Source: Basidiobolus meristosporus CBS 931.73
Taxonomy: Eukaryota; Fungi; Basidiobolomycota
Assembly (NCBI GenBank): GCA_002104905.1
Contig: MCFE01000222.1
Location: 59,402-123,401 of the forward strand
Length of the DNA stretch: 64,000 nucleotides
Direction of reading: 5' to 3'
How positions within the stretch are numbered: the stretch's first letter is position 1; every line of letters starts with the position of its first letter. A program made the translations under genes and the position numbers. Of the stretch, positions 26,256 to 40,077 are shown one piece after another. Under the pieces are notes generated by a model that did no database searches, was not told where the DNA came from, and worked only from the letters and a program-made list of their open reading frames with translations.

Positions 26256-29200
26256 CTATTCTTTTAGGAAGTGGCGACCGATCTTCTCGAAGAATTGCTC
26301 CAGGACCTCTCGGATCTCTGGTCGATCCACCGGGATCATCTTGACCGCGAGCAAGTAGAACCCTTGGATCTCTTTGCGCAGCTGGTCGAGCTTGGGTCCA
26401 TCCCCAGCCTGGGCCTCCCATGGGATGTCGATGAGCTCTTTGTAGATGGTCACCACGACCCTGGACCAGATGGCGATGTCTCGGTTGTATTTGACCTGGT
26501 CCTCAAGCATGGAGATGTATCGTTGGAGAACATCAGTGGACTCGCTGACGATCAACGGGAGGATTTTGTCCTCCGTCGCCAACTCGGCGTCATGTTCGTC
26601 GCCGTACATCTTGTACAGGTCGAAGGTGAGCTGAAGATACGACGACAGGCCTAGCATCTCTTGTCTGACCAGGTTTGGCATTTGCTGCACGTAGCCAGCC
26701 TTCCACAGGTGTAGGCGGAGCTCGTAGTTCGTGTTAAAGTCGTGGGCAGTCTTGTATGATTGATGTATACATCTGATCACCCGGCCACGAAGATTGGGTG
26801 GGAGCGCTTGCAGCAGCGGAGCTTTGGGGTTGGACGACAGGTCAACGATGGCTTGGATCACCATCAGGTGGTTGGAGCACTTCAACAGCGCGTACATGAA
26901 GTCGATCTTTTTCGCATCCTTATTCTGATCCCGACCGGGGTCCAGCAGAAACAGCTCCGTGGGGGTGGTCAAGGCAGAAATCTCCGCGAGGGTGGTGAGG
27001 CAGAGGTCCCAGAGGGGTGGGGAGAATCTGGTGACGTTGTCCTCGATCATCTTCTGCAGGCTGGCGATCCCCTTCTGGCTTAGATTCTCGCTCTTCGTCT
27101 TGGTGAACTCGACGGTCATGTTCAGTATGACGCGGGCGAAGTCCAGCTCCGTGGAGAGGACTTCGTAGTAGAGGCAGTACAGCTCGATCATGGAGTCGAT
27201 CGCTTTGTTCCATATGGGGATGAGATCCTCGCGACGCTGGAACCCTTCGTCTTGCAGATCCTCGAACACCGGAAGCAGAACACTGCGGAACACCGTGTTC
27301 CAGAATGGCACGTTGAAAAGCTTCCCGGCGGACTTGAGCGAGTCGAACAGGATCGAGAGCGCCTGCTCACGGACATCGCTCGCGGGCGCGTCGACAGCTA
27401 TTCTTGAGAGTCCCGAGAACAGCGGGAACCACTTCAAGAACAACCGCTCCTCCTCAATTGTAGCGGCATCCGCCGCCTCCCCAGTGAGGGAGTTGCGGCG
27501 AATTAACGCGGGGGAATTCTCGCTGGTGGCCTCGGTGACGAGTCGGCCGACGCAGTAGTGGAGTAGGGCGATCGCTTTGTGGATGATCTCAGAGTTCCCT
27601 TGGAACACAAAGTCCACCACGCAGCTGGTGAAGTCGACAAACACCGGTCCGATCAGCTCGAAATACTTCTCGGCAACTCGATGGACCGTATCAAAGGCGC
27701 TCTTCACCAGGGCGTCGTTCCCGCCCTCGGCGATCCGACTGCAGACGAGGAAGATGATCTTCCAGCCGGATTTGATGTTATTGGACCTGGCGCTGACCAT
27801 GTTGTTCAGCGATTGAATGATCAGGTCCTGAATGGCCGCCGACTTGTTGTGGTGCACGATGTACTCGAACGGCTTGAGGAACTCGTTCTGGGTGTGGTAG
27901 TGCGCCAGCTCGTCCCGCTCCAAGAACTTCATGCTCAGCTGCCTCAAGGAATCGATCGCAAACGTTGCCACATCTGGGTTCGCATGGCACCCGATGGTGT
28001 TGAAATGGGGCTGTAGGATACTCCAGATCTGCGCCCACTCGAACCGAATACGGCCCATGTTGTAGTAGGTGATCTCGACGATCTTCTGCATGCTGAACAT
28101 CCGTGGTCCGCTCCGGCTTCCGTTCACCTCGTCCAACGAGACCTTGCACAAGGCGCGGTAGAAGTGAAGGATGGCGTTACCGCTGAGGTTCACGCTGCGG
28201 GAAAAGATCCGATCGATCACCACCAATGTCTCCTGCGATTGAAGCTCTCGCACGAAGATGGCCAACGCCGGTCGAGCCTTCAGGTCCTCAGCACCGTAGC
28301 TGTCGTTGTGGGCGGCGCCTACCAGCGACCCGAACCAGCTTGATTTGCGGGTGCTGCTGGAATCGGTGCTGACGGAGGAGGTGTGGGATTCCATCGAGGA
28401 GCGGATGGCGGAATCGCCGATCAGCTGGAGTCTCTCCATCTGAGAGATGATGTACAGGATGATCTCCCACGAGCTCTCGAGGTACTCGTCATTCACCTGG
28501 GCAATGGAGAGGAGGCTTCGGACGGCGGCAATGTTCTTGAACTTGAGGTTTTTGACCTGGCTGAGCGCCGTCAGCTTCGCTAGCGAGGAAATAAATGCAT
28601 CGCGCTCCACCTCCAGACGATAGAGGCAGCAGAGGCGGATGGCCCCCTCGAACCCATTCAGACACAAACTGATGGTCTCGGAATGCAGGGAAGAGTGACC
28701 CTTCCCATCGTCGCTGGTGGTACGCGCATCCGTGGCATGCTCAAAAATGAGGCTAAGCGTTGCCATGAGGGGACACCAGGCGACAGCAAACATGGGTTTG
28801 ACGTGGTCGGCATGGGTTGCGCTTCGATACACCGCGGTGGGGCGGTGCTCCGAGAGCAGCGAAAGCATCTTCTGCTCGATGTGGACGACCTCCTTCTCGT
28901 AGAGCCCCTGCTTCTCCTTCATGCTTGTCGAGGTCGAGTCTTTGCCGGCCTCCATGGCCTGCTCGTCGTTCATGACGATCTCGTTGCTAGAGATGTCCTC
29001 GAAGATTTCGCCCAAGAAGTCGGTGGAGAGGTCGGCGCTGATGCCACGGTTGTTGTGTATGAAGGCCTGCTTGTCCATTCTGTTTTTGACTTGGGACGAA
29101 TGCTGGTCCGTGTTCAGCATGATGATCGAAAAGGCGAGGATGTAGGCGGTATCGGCATTCGCGAAGAGATCCGGGTTGGCTTCACAGTAGCAGTCGGCAA

Positions 29201-31815
29201 ACTTCTCCATGATCCGGTCGATTTTCTGCGCCTCGCCGGGAAGTCGGAACGACTGGAGGAACTCTCGGAGGGCAGCCACGAAGTTGAGCCCTTTGAAGCT
29301 CATTTGCTCAATGAACGCGTGCATCACTTGGATATTCAAGGAGTCCCCGTCGCCCAAGTACTCTCCTACGGCTGTCTTGCTGAAGGCCGGGGTTTTCTTC
29401 AGAAAAGTGGCAATCGCCGTAGGGTCCTCGGATACAAACCCGTTCTCCATCAGAAACCTGAGCCCCTTCTTGGGATTCAAGTTGAACTGGCGAACGCCTT
29501 TGCTTAGCGTCTGCTTGCGGGAGGTAATGACCTCGAAGCGAGCAGGATCGTCATCCGGGGGGAAAGTGGGAGACAGCGAGGAGGGGCTTCCGCTGCCATG
29601 GTACTGGGAAGCAAAGTTCTTCAGCGAGATGGAGTGCAGAGGGTTTTTGGAGACAATGATTGGGTGTTGTTGAAAGCCGTCCTCGAAAGTGGGCGAGTGA
29701 GGGGGAACCACCTCGACATCCTCGTTGGGCTTCTTCTCCTCGGGCGAGACGCGTCCCCCAGTGGAATGGGGGTCCTTTCCCCAATCGACTAACGACTCGA
29801 TAATAGATACCAGGCACTTCAGCCCCCGAAGCTTGAGTCGATTCTCCTGGACAATGGCAAGGTCGGCGGAGTTGTCGAGAAGAAGGCCGGCCGCATGCGT
29901 CCCGATAATTCCACCAACAGTAGAGCCGGGCTTGCTGGTTCTCCCCTGCGCTATACGGGAAAGGCTGTTTACGATGCGTTCGAAGATGCTGGCTGTGGAG
30001 ATGTCGCAGTCGTAATTCAAATAGATATCAACCAGTGCTTGCGGATGTGAGCAGATCTTGTGCAGCCCTTGAAGAACCATCTGCTTCTGCTTGAATGTTG
30101 CGTTGGGCATCTCTAGGATCCGCAAGTAGATCTCGTTAAACATCAGCTCGATCTCCGACTTCAGGTGGCCCCTGAAGACGTGGAGGATGATCAAGAAGAT
30201 CGATAGGGAGAACTCGAAGAGATGCGTTTCGCTGGAAACCCCGTTCTTGGACAATGAAACGCAGAGGTGCTGGCGTATCAAATCCACAAACAGGTCCTCG
30301 GTTTGGAATGTAGGCCCGGAGTTGTTGAGCATCGAAAGAATCAGCTCGAGAACGAGGCCACGAGCACGGTCAATGGTCGAAATGGTGCTTTCGGCCGGCT
30401 CTTGGTTGGGGAGCTCCGGTGCAATGGACAACTGGCACAATTGGCGGAACACAACAAATACATCGTTCTGTAACACTTTGCTGTAAACACTGGCCAAATC
30501 TGGCCCCGCGCCTCCTTTCTGGACTGCCTCCGTGGGTGCATCAGCTGTCTGCTCAGCTTGTGGTTGAGGGACATCGTCCTCAACACCGTTAGCGTGGCTT
30601 TGGGCTTCATCCAAGGCTTTGGGAGGCTCCGTTTGCGTTGCTTCTTCAGCGGTGGTCACTGAAGAGTCTGAAGCGAGGTGGTATTTCTTGAAAATGGATT
30701 GGAAATCCAGTTCCGGGTATTTCTTGGCCAGCTCGGAGAAGTACTCCATGCGCGAGACCGTTAGGTTAACCATCTGGATTAAGGCTGCTTTGGCAGTCAT
30801 CTGATTGATCGGACTCGAGGAAAATATATACGCATTGCAGCAAGTTTGAAGGGCTTTCATCAAAGGAATTCCGTGGATTTCGCAAGATGTACCGGTCACC
30901 AGAGTTAGTAGTGCTTTAATTACTTGGAGTTCCACAGTGTCTTCGGTTTTGGCTCCGGTATATGACGCGCAAATTGTATCTATTATATTCTCAGCCAAGT
31001 CGTCCTTTTTCTTGTGGGACTCCAGGGTCGACTCCGCTAACTCTGCTAGCTCTCTGATGTAACTCAGGTCGTTTGTACTACTGAAGCAGGTGGTTGGTAC
31101 ATTAGAAGAGGTTAAATTGTTCGAAACAAACAAATCTATAGTCGAAACAGGTGGGGTTCCCTTGAGATATGAGAAGGCAGCCAGCTTCTGAATGGAATCC
31201 AAAGCAATCTCCCGAATCCTAGTGGGCATTGTTGGTGTACAAGCAAGTTTAAATGGAATCCAGTAATTCGTGGCTATCGAAGTGATGTCAAGGTTGTTGT
31301 GTGTCTGTGGGGGTTCTGTAGATGGGGAAGCCGATGAAGACTGCCCTATCTTTGCGTCCTGCGATTCAGAAGGTACCTGCTCATCTTTGGCCACTGTTTC
31401 TGGATGAGCAATCCTCCGAGGCTTGTACAGGCTCACTTTCCACATCTTCCGAAGCCTCAACTTTCTCTTCAGACGAGGGTTCAGCTTTCTGTTCAGGCGA
31501 GGGCTGACCTTTCTCTACAGACGAGGATTCAACTTTCTCCTCAGACGAGGGTTCAGTTTTCTCCTCAGACGAGGGCTCACCTTTCTCCTCAGACGAGGGT
31601 TCTATACCCTCTTCTAGCGAAGGTTCTATATTCTCTCCGGAAGAAGGCTCGACTTTGAGAGGAGTATCTTCGGTGGGAACGAGGTTGCTTGGCACCTCTC
31701 TCGAGACCCGTAGATTTTCACTGGTGTGCTCGCAAGCTTCTTGGAGCTCTTTCTGATGGGCAGCTTCAGCCTCCTTCAGCAAGCGCTCGAGACAAAGTTC
31801 AAGAGTTTTGTTCAT
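26256..31815 (-). CDS. SEC7: Sec7/BIG-family ARF guanine-nucleotide exchange factor
   Basis: Sec7 domain FRLPGEAQKIDRIMEKFA and AYILAFSIIMLNTDQH; HUS/HDS regions (YLNYDCD, MFSMQKIVEITYYNMGRIR, FAIDSLRQLSMKFLE). N-terminal ORF 31381-31815 joins the main ORF through a frame change near 31410-31440 (short intron or 1-nt error). Confidence 0.92.
31461..31652 (-). repeat. coding 24-bp tandem repeat, about 8 units (EPSSEEKx)
   Basis: EPSSGENI-EPSLEEGI-EPSSEEKG-EPSSEEKT-EPSSEEKV-ESSSVEKG-QPSPEQKA-EPSSEEKV in the SEC7 N-terminal frame. Confidence 0.85.
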
Positions 31816-32045
31816 CGCTTACAAACGCTCTAGCATGTGTCGGAGACAGGTATACTTAATTAAGGCAATAAAATAAGCCCGGTTATTCAGCAATTAATGA
31901 TTTCAAAAGAAATGGTTTATATGAATTTTGCTGAGCTGATGACGCGATTAGTCAGTTCGGAGTTTATAGGTTGATTGAATGTACATCATATGGATTTCAG
32001 CAAGAGAGGGAGAGGAGTATGTAACATATTGATGAATGGGGATGA

Positions 32046-32870
32046 TCACTTATTGCTAATAACAAGCTCTAGAAATTGCTCATAGTTGATGTAAACCCAG
32101 CCATCTGAATCGGTGTCAAAGTTACGGAAGGAGTTGGTGAGGGAGTGGATGGTAACACAGACTTGAATAAAGTTGTCAAAGGTGATGTCTCCTTTGCCTA
32201 GTGGTGGTCGGTGTTAGTAAATGCATTGAAACCCCCTAAGCAAAATATAAGTATTACCTCGTCTGTCATACTTGAGAATTAGCGTGTTTACCAATCGATC
32301 GCTGATGTTGTAACCAAACGTGCGCAGTGCGTATTTCAGCTCCTCAGCGTCAATGGAGCCACTTCCGTCACGGTCAAAGGTGCGAAAACACGCACGCCAT
32401 TTTTCAATGTATCTCCACAGGCCGACAAACTCATAGATATCAATGTAACCGCTCTGGTCACGGTCAAACATATTCATCATGAGCCGCACGGTCTCAAGAT
32501 TGAACTGGGACATGTTGTCTAGAGGCAGGGCCTTCTATTACCAAACCGGGAAGCAAGAGAAAAGGTTCCAGTGGCTACGTACCGTTGAGCAACGCGTTCT
32601 GGAGCTCCTCAGTGGTGAGCTTTCCGTTACCGTCACTGAATACAGAACGGATAAGTAAGCGGACTTCCTTTGAAAGACCAAACAAAAAGTGAATACCTGT
32701 CTACCGCGGCAAACCAATCTTGCAACTGGCGATCATGAATGGCGGGCGGTTGCGTGGGACCAGTAGGACCTTCGTGGCAGAATCGTTAGAATGGGTAGGA
32801 AAGCATAGCAAGGAAGCAACTCACCACCGGCATAGCTGCCTCTGTCCATAGGGGTGTTTCTGTAAGCCAT
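32046..32870 (-). CDS. PEF1: penta-EF-hand protein (peflin/ALG-2 like), multi-exon
   Basis: DRQLQDWFAAVD, DGNGKLTTEELQNALLN, FNLETVRLMMNMFDRDQSGYI, FRTFDRDGSGSI, DITFDNF, DSDGWVYINYEQFL. Confidence 0.88.
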
Positions 32871-33290
32871 GTTTAATGATACAAGAGAATATGGCTCAGG
32901 AGTTATAAACAAATGCTCTCAATCGTTCAAACTTCACTTGATCTATTTATGTTACGCTTAGCACATCCAGCAATGATGCCAAGAATAACCAATTGTATCC
33001 GAATGATCCAATGAATGCCAATGTTTCTGAAATAGAATCCAATTGCGTTGAATTCTCTAAAATTGGAGCCTCAGCCAAATGATAGGTGAGAAACCATTGG
33101 AAATGCCACCAATTACCAAGACATCCAACCTCAACATTGTCACTCCCAAAACCTACCATCTTCAAACACTCCCACTACATCCACAGACACTCCACAACCT
33201 ACCATCCACAAATCTGGATCCACCAGAGGGCACTCGTAAGCAACGTGATTAAATATCGGCTCAGCACTTACCTTGATCACAACAGCAGTC

Positions 33291-35902
33291 ATGTCTAGCT
33301 ATCAACCTATCGTATACCCACCCCTTGGTTCAGTGACTGTTGTCGGAAACAATCAAGAGCTTGCTATCAGAGCATACATCCCAAGCTCACAAGGCGCCAC
33401 AGTGGAGCTTTGGTCCAATATCAACAACCAGGAATGGGGCGGTATTAGTATGGCGCGAGTGCCCTCCCAAGAGTGTGAAACTATGCTCGATTACGTAGCC
33501 TTTGAGGCCACCCTTCAGCCAAGTTCTCTGGCCGACACCACCACGTTCGAATACACCGTAAGATTCAGAGGTGAGGCCGACCCTGTGTGGAGCTGGGCGG
33601 GGCAGAAGGGTGGAAATGCAAAGATCATTGTTTCTGGCGAAGCGGCGCAGGAGGAGATCGAGGTTGAAGGGCTATTTGAGGTGGACGGGCTTCCACAGTG
33701 GAAATTCAATAAGCTCAGAAAAAACGTGTGGAGCCTTGAGGTGACAGCGCAGTTTAGCAATGAAATACAGCAGTTCAACATAGGGAATATCAAGTCAGTG
33801 GTGCAGTGGGTTGGCTTGAAACGCAGAGGGTAAGTTGGCAGAAGTTCAATGGAATAGTATTGACTCTTCCTATGATATTAGACTCTATTGGCTAGAGCCG
33901 TTGACAGGCCTAAGGAATCCTGACTTCTCCGACTTCGACATACAGTATCTGCTGTGGCAGCGCCGAGACGGGACGTTTGGGGTATTGGTCCCTGTTGCGG
34001 ATGAATCTTGCTCAGCTGCCTTGCGGTCCAATAAAGAAGGCAAGATTTGGCTATCAGCCATCAATGATACCAAAGGGACTACAAAGGCAAAAATCCTTTT
34101 GAGCTACGGCCATGACCCGTTTGAGGTCACCAAAAACTGTATGAAGGGAGCTCGAGCAATCTTTGCTCAGGCCGACAATGTTGGCGGGTGGCATGAGAAG
34201 TTGTATCGTCGATTGGGCTATTGCACCTGGAATGCGTATTACACCGACATTTCGCATGAGAAATTGGTGGAACTGGCCGGATCGTTGAAAAACTCCAGGG
34301 TCCCGGTGTCGTACCTGATCATTGATGATGGTTGGCTCAACATATCCCCAAGTGCCCAGCTTAAAACGATGTCGGCCGATCCAAACAAGTTCCCCCACGG
34401 CCTCAAGGCCATAATATCACAGATCAAAGAAGAATATCCAAACATCCAGGATGTTGGCGTCTGGCACACACTGTGGGGCTACTGGGGCGGGTTCTCTCCC
34501 GACCATGAAATCGGCCACAAATACAGAACGGTTCAGGTAAAGCTAAGGAATGGAGGAACTGTGCCATTGGTGCATGCAGATGACATTGAGCGATTCTTTG
34601 ATGATTATCACAGATACCTACAAGGCCAGGGGGTTACGCTTGTCAAGGTGGATGCTCAAAGTTCCTTTGATGCCATCGAGTTCCAGTCGAATGAAAGCGA
34701 GAACCCCCGCACTTGGTGGAAAGCCTACCAAGAGGCGCTGCGGAAGAGCACAGACAAATATTTCAATGGAAGGGTGATCTACTGTATGGCGCAGAGCCCA
34801 CGACTATTATTCCACCAGATCAATAGGAGTGAACATGCTGGTTTAGTAGTATTCAGGTAATCAACAGATTCTTGTCATTTTCCTGACCCCGACCGCGACC
34901 CTGACCCTGGCCACCGAACCATTTAGGAATAGCGACGACTACTTTCCTGACGCCCCGCAGGAAGCCCAGCCATGGCATGTCTATACAAACACAATGAACA
35001 ACCTTTGGACTAGCCAATTCCCTATAAGACCGGATTGGGACATGTTTCAATCCTCCCATCTCTTTGCCCAGTTCCATGGGGCAGCTCGGGCAATGAACTC
35101 TGGCCCTGTCTACATAACCGATCACCTTGATCGATTTGAGCTGGATGTCATTGAAGCACTGGTAGACGGTGTTGATGCCAGAGTTCTATCAAGCAAATCT
35201 CCCGGTTTGCCAGGGAGAAATGAGCTATTCATCGACCCGACCAAGATGGACTTTGCTCTAAAAATGAGCCATGTTGATGACAAGATCGGGGTGAGTGTGA
35301 TCGGGCTGTTCAATTGCCGACCAAATGTAATCATTGGTACCTTCCAACTGCTGGATATTCCAGGAAGTGGCTCGGAAACAAGATACCCCCACGACTTTGT
35401 TCTGTATCTCATGAGAAAGAAGAGGGCTCTAAGACTTGGCAAAGGAACTTCTATCAAGCACATCTCCGTTGGCTTGAAGCCACGCGAATTCGAGATTGCC
35501 ACCTATTATCAATTACTTGCTTTCCGAAACGAGGGAAGAGTTGTTTGTTTGGGCGCATTGAGCAAGTTCAGTAGTGCCTCAGCCATCTCCCACCACCACA
35601 TAGAAACTTCCAAATCCAGGGATGATGTACCGACCTACCGTGTCTCGCTAAAAGTAAGAGTGGGGAAGATTAGCTTCTATGTTTCGCAGCTAAGCAAGCA
35701 GTCCATCCAGTTCTGGTGGAATGAAAAGCAGGTGAAGCCTGAAAAACTCCACTTCGACCCCTCTAATGATCTGGTGACTGTTGACTTGAGTGATTTGAAG
35801 ACTGACACTGTTGATACTGAGACAGTATCTCCATCAACATCGTTGCATATTAGCATCAATACGCCAGGAGGTCCTCGAAGCCCGGAACGTAATGATATAT
35901 AA
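33291..35902 (+). CDS. Sip1/raffinose-synthase-like alpha-galactosidase (GH36), 3 exons
   Basis: GYCTWNAYY, LIIDDGW, VWHTLWGYWGG, KVDAQS, PDWDMFQS, HGAARAMNSGPVYITD; introns near 33830-33882 and 34857-34926. Confidence 0.88.
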
Positions 35903-35908
35903 ACACAA

Positions 35909-36010
35909 GTGCGATTGTGAAGAAAGCAATGATATATAAATAAATGTGCGATTGTGAAGAAAGCAGTGATAAATGTGCGATTGTGAAGAAAGCAGTGATA
36001 AATGTGCGAT
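35909..36010. repeat. about 29-bp tandem repeat (about 3.3 copies) just 3' of the GH36 gene
   Basis: Unit AAATGTGCGATTGTGAAGAAAGCAGTGAT. Confidence 0.85.
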
Positions 36011-37346
36011 GGTGGAAAGGGCTCGATGTTACTCTCAATATGCTACAATGCTAATGTGAGCAGCTCCATATTGTCTGTACACAATCCATTACAGCCAAGC
36101 TCACTGTAATCAAGGAATCCACTACAGCAATCAGCCAGCAATTAGCACACTATGCATGATATCATGTGGGTGGTGTAGACTGAGGGCTGTTTGATCAACA
36201 ATGGTCGCTCATAATTGATACTCGCTTGGGCTGCATGGATTGGAAAAAGGTTCGTAAATTTTGGGTGATCATTGGGTGCTGATCGGGGCGTTCATCGGAT
36301 AAACCGTATCCTCAGCTCGCCATTCTCTTAAATATACCTTCGAAGGTCACTTCCACCCAACTTCCGTGGCACTTGGCAGATTGAGATGTCTCCTTTTAGT
36401 GCAGTGGTGCGAACCGGTGGGAGCCTTCGTGCTTCCGGTAGGATCTATTTTGACTCTATACCCGAACCTAGTGCTATAGTCGCTAGTCATAACCCCACGG
36501 TATTTCTTCCACTGAGCAACAAGAGGCCAAATTGCACACTCAATTGTCGGGCCTGCCATACTCTGATAACCACGAACGCCATCCACGCGGTCCTACTTAA
36601 CAATGTCCGAACTGAGATCTACGCTACTGGCAGTGCACCTATCGGGTAAGCATCGAGGAATTCCTGGGTTTGGCAGCAAGCTGTTTACCTTTCTGGTTGG
36701 ATTTTAGAGCCGAAGGCATTGGTGCCTCTTACTCTACAAAGAGCTGTCCCTGTAGACTGACCGATTTCGCCTGCTTAAACTGGTACTTTAAAGATACCAC
36801 TTTTGTAAATCACGGTGCAGCAGAGTTCTCATCTCCCTATTTCTCTAGCGGAAACGTTCTAGGAACCGTATTATCTTTTATGTGTGAGAGTTGTGTTTCG
36901 GAACACCCCTGGAGATATCATAAAGAAGCCGTAACGGCAAATGACTTGGTGGACTTTAGCTGCGCTACCACCGGTCTCAGGATAAATTTAACTCCCGAGG
37001 CAGAACCCTCAATGTTACATATTCAAGAGTTTCCTGGCCGCTAGTATATACCGTGAGACTACAATTCACAAAGTGCGCCAACCATAGAGTAATCTGGTGA
37101 TTGGATTCTCCATACCACCACTTCGCTAATAGAGGACCTCCCAATACGTTCACGATACCTTACCACAATACCTTTCGAATCATGACGATTTTGAACATAC
37201 GTTTAATAAAAGGTTGGCAGCAACATTTACAGAGAAATATAGCCTCATTCAAGCATTTGCCTGAACCTTGAAATTCATTATTCTTCGGATTTTACTTTGG
37301 AATTCATTATTCTTGGGCCCTATTCATTCCTTGCAATCTACAGTGC

Positions 37347-38032
37347 CTACAAGGTGGTTCCTGCAGTATAGGCGATATCGCATCTGTTGCATAGACACGA
37401 TGCGGATGCTAAAATTGAACCAGAGCCATCCTTCTTCCAGTTGCATTTTTCTTCATAGTTCCATCTATTTGGCGAGGCTGCGTTTCTGCATACGTCCTGG
37501 CAGTGCTGGTAATATTTACGCAATCTCTTTAGTGTCCTCTCCTCACACGTCATACCTCACTCGGCCTACTTACCCCTTTGTGTCGGCTGCAGTAGTCGTC
37601 CCCGTTGGAGTTTCTCCCGAGGTTTGTGTTGTGGTAGCTAGCATTGTTGGTTGATCTCGTGGGGGTGTTGTTTGCCGCCTCCGAGGTAGCATCGTTGCCA
37701 TTGCGACAAGTGCATCGATGGCGGAAGTTGTTTGATCCGACGCTGGTGCATTCATTTCCGTTGGTGCCTCTGCGTGATTTGCAGGCCGTGTCGCAGTTGA
37801 GACTAGGCATGAGACAGAGCGGTTAGTATTACACTTGATGCCTTGATCACTTTGAGTGCTCATTGTGAATGTGAATGGCCATTTACCGGAAGATTGGACA
37901 GAAGATGGTTGCGGCATTGTCATCAGTGCTCCTAGTCTGGTAGCCACCATCGTTGGGAGCCCCATGGGTAGTGGTAGCGCTTAACAGGCAGAGGGCCGAG
38001 ATGGTCAAGGCGGAGATGGCGAGTTGCTTCAT
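37347..38032 (-). CDS. small secreted cysteine-rich protein, copy 1 (3 exons)
   Basis: Signal peptide MKQLAISALTISALCLLSATTTHGAP, two GT-AG introns, two C-x6-C-x3-C...C...C-x-C modules, TATA-like box upstream. Confidence 0.75.
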
Positions 38033-38816
38033 TGCTGAGTGAATGTTATGAGTAACATGTACTTCATCTTTGGGCATTTTATAGCATTCCTGAACGATAT
38101 CAGTGGTTGATGTTGACGGCAACGATGTGATACATTGGGCACAGCGGCTCAAGTATTCCATTTGTCGAGTATTCTAATTGAACGACTCTCTCTCCCCAAG
38201 CTCCTCTAGTATCCTTACAACTTTACAGGCATCCTTTAGGTGACATGTCTGAACAATCACTGGGCAAATAGCTTATTAACGTTACAAATAATCGGGCTAG
38301 ACTGTCATGCTTGTGTAACTACAAAGGCTCTAGTGGCGTCCAACAAGGTTCCAGTATATTGGTAGAGAGCACTGCTGCCAATGAAAGACGGGGAAAGCTT
38401 ATTCAACCTTAACTAGAGTCTCTGGTCATGTTTCAAAAGATCCTCAACCTTTCTGTTAATAAATCGGAGGATCGTTGGACTAAAATGGTAATGTGGTCAT
38501 CCTTTATTTTTGTTACTCAATCAAGATTGATGATTCTGTTCTATAAAAAAAACTTGGTCTTGTTGGCGGGATTGGCCAAAGCAGAAGCTAGGTTGGGCTG
38601 GGAAGTGTTTGCTTCATGTGATGTCGGCGCCTGGATAGTCTCAACAAGCCGTTCTCGTTGACACTACCCATTTGCCATTAGAACTTGCAGCAAATAGAAC
38701 ACCTACAATGTTGTGCCCAATGTATCAGTTACTAGTCGATATATTCAACGGGGAGCTCGAGGATGCTATAAAAAGGCCCCGTTGAAGCGAATATTACTCG
38801 TAACATTTGATAAGTA

Positions 38817-39502
38817 ATGAAGCAACTCGCCATCTCCGCCTTGGCCATCTCGGTCCTCTGCCTGTTAAGCGCTACCACTACCCATGGGGCTCCCAACGAT
38901 GGTGGCTACCAGACTAGGAGCACTGATGACAATGCCGCAACCATCTTCTGTCCAATCTTCCGGTAAATGGCCATTCACATTCACAATGAGCACTCAAAGT
39001 GATCAAGGCATCAAGTGTAATACTAACCGCTCTGTCTCACGCCTAGTCTCAACTGCGACACGGCCTGCAAATCACGCAGAGGCACCAACGGAAATGAATG
39101 CACCAGCGTCGGATCAAACAACTTCCGCCATCGATGCACTTGTCGCAATGGCAACGATGCTACCTCAGAGGCGGCAAACAACACCCCCACGAGATCAACC
39201 AACAATGCTAGCTACCACAACACAAACCTCGGGAGAAACTCCAACGGGGACGACTACTGCAGCCGACACAAAGGGGTAAGTAGGCCGAGTGAGGTATGAC
39301 GTGTGAGGAGAGGACACTAAAGAGATTGCGTAAATATTACCAGCACTGCCAGGACGTGTGCAGAAACGCAGCCTCGCCAAAGCGGTGGTATTATGAAGAA
39401 AAATGCAACTGGAAAAAACACCGCAACGGAATGGTATCTGCATCTGCTTCGTGTCTATGCAACAGATGCGATATCGCCTATACTGCAGGAACCACCTTGT
39501 AG
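38817..39502 (+). CDS. small secreted cysteine-rich protein, copy 2 (inverted duplicate)
   Basis: Near-identical inverted copy of 37347-38032 including introns; TATAAAA at about 38767. Confidence 0.75.
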
Positions 39503-40077
39503 GCACTGTAGATTGCAAGGAATGAATAGGGCCCAAGAATAATGAATTCCAAAGTAAAATCCGAATTTTGCAATGCATATCGTTGAAAACCCCCATTATA
39601 AATAACCAAAAAAAGCCGAAAACGTGGAAAAGCCTATTATATTTTAGCAGATATGAATAAATTCCCAGAGTTATTTTCCTATGGTGCATATTCTACTTGC
39701 ATCGATCAGATTTGTGTCCCTCTGAAAACCTCACCCCAATCACACCATCATTGCAGCCACAGGCCTGGATTGTACAATCGTATATTTAGCTCGTGGCTAT
39801 TTTAATATACTAGAAGCCGGGTGATGAAAATAGCAATCCATTTCCATCGTGGTTATTCATTATCTTCGTTCCTTGACCTTTTATCTCCTTTTTATCCTCC
39901 ATATCACTCCAGCATATATCTCCCTCTGTTTGTATAGTTTAAACCCTACTGTTGAGTGTCTAGTGAAAAAAGTCCCTTTTGTCACGTTTACCAAATTGCT
40001 GTCTATAAACCTAACCCACGATATAGCTGTTCGCATTTTCCTGAAAACCATAGCATATAGAGTACACAGATCTATCA

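Noticed and set aside
36040-37260. Intergenic stretch scanned for tRNA, snRNA or rRNA
   Set aside because: No cloverleaf, A/B boxes or recognisable structural RNA signature by eye; a covariance-model search would be needed to exclude one.
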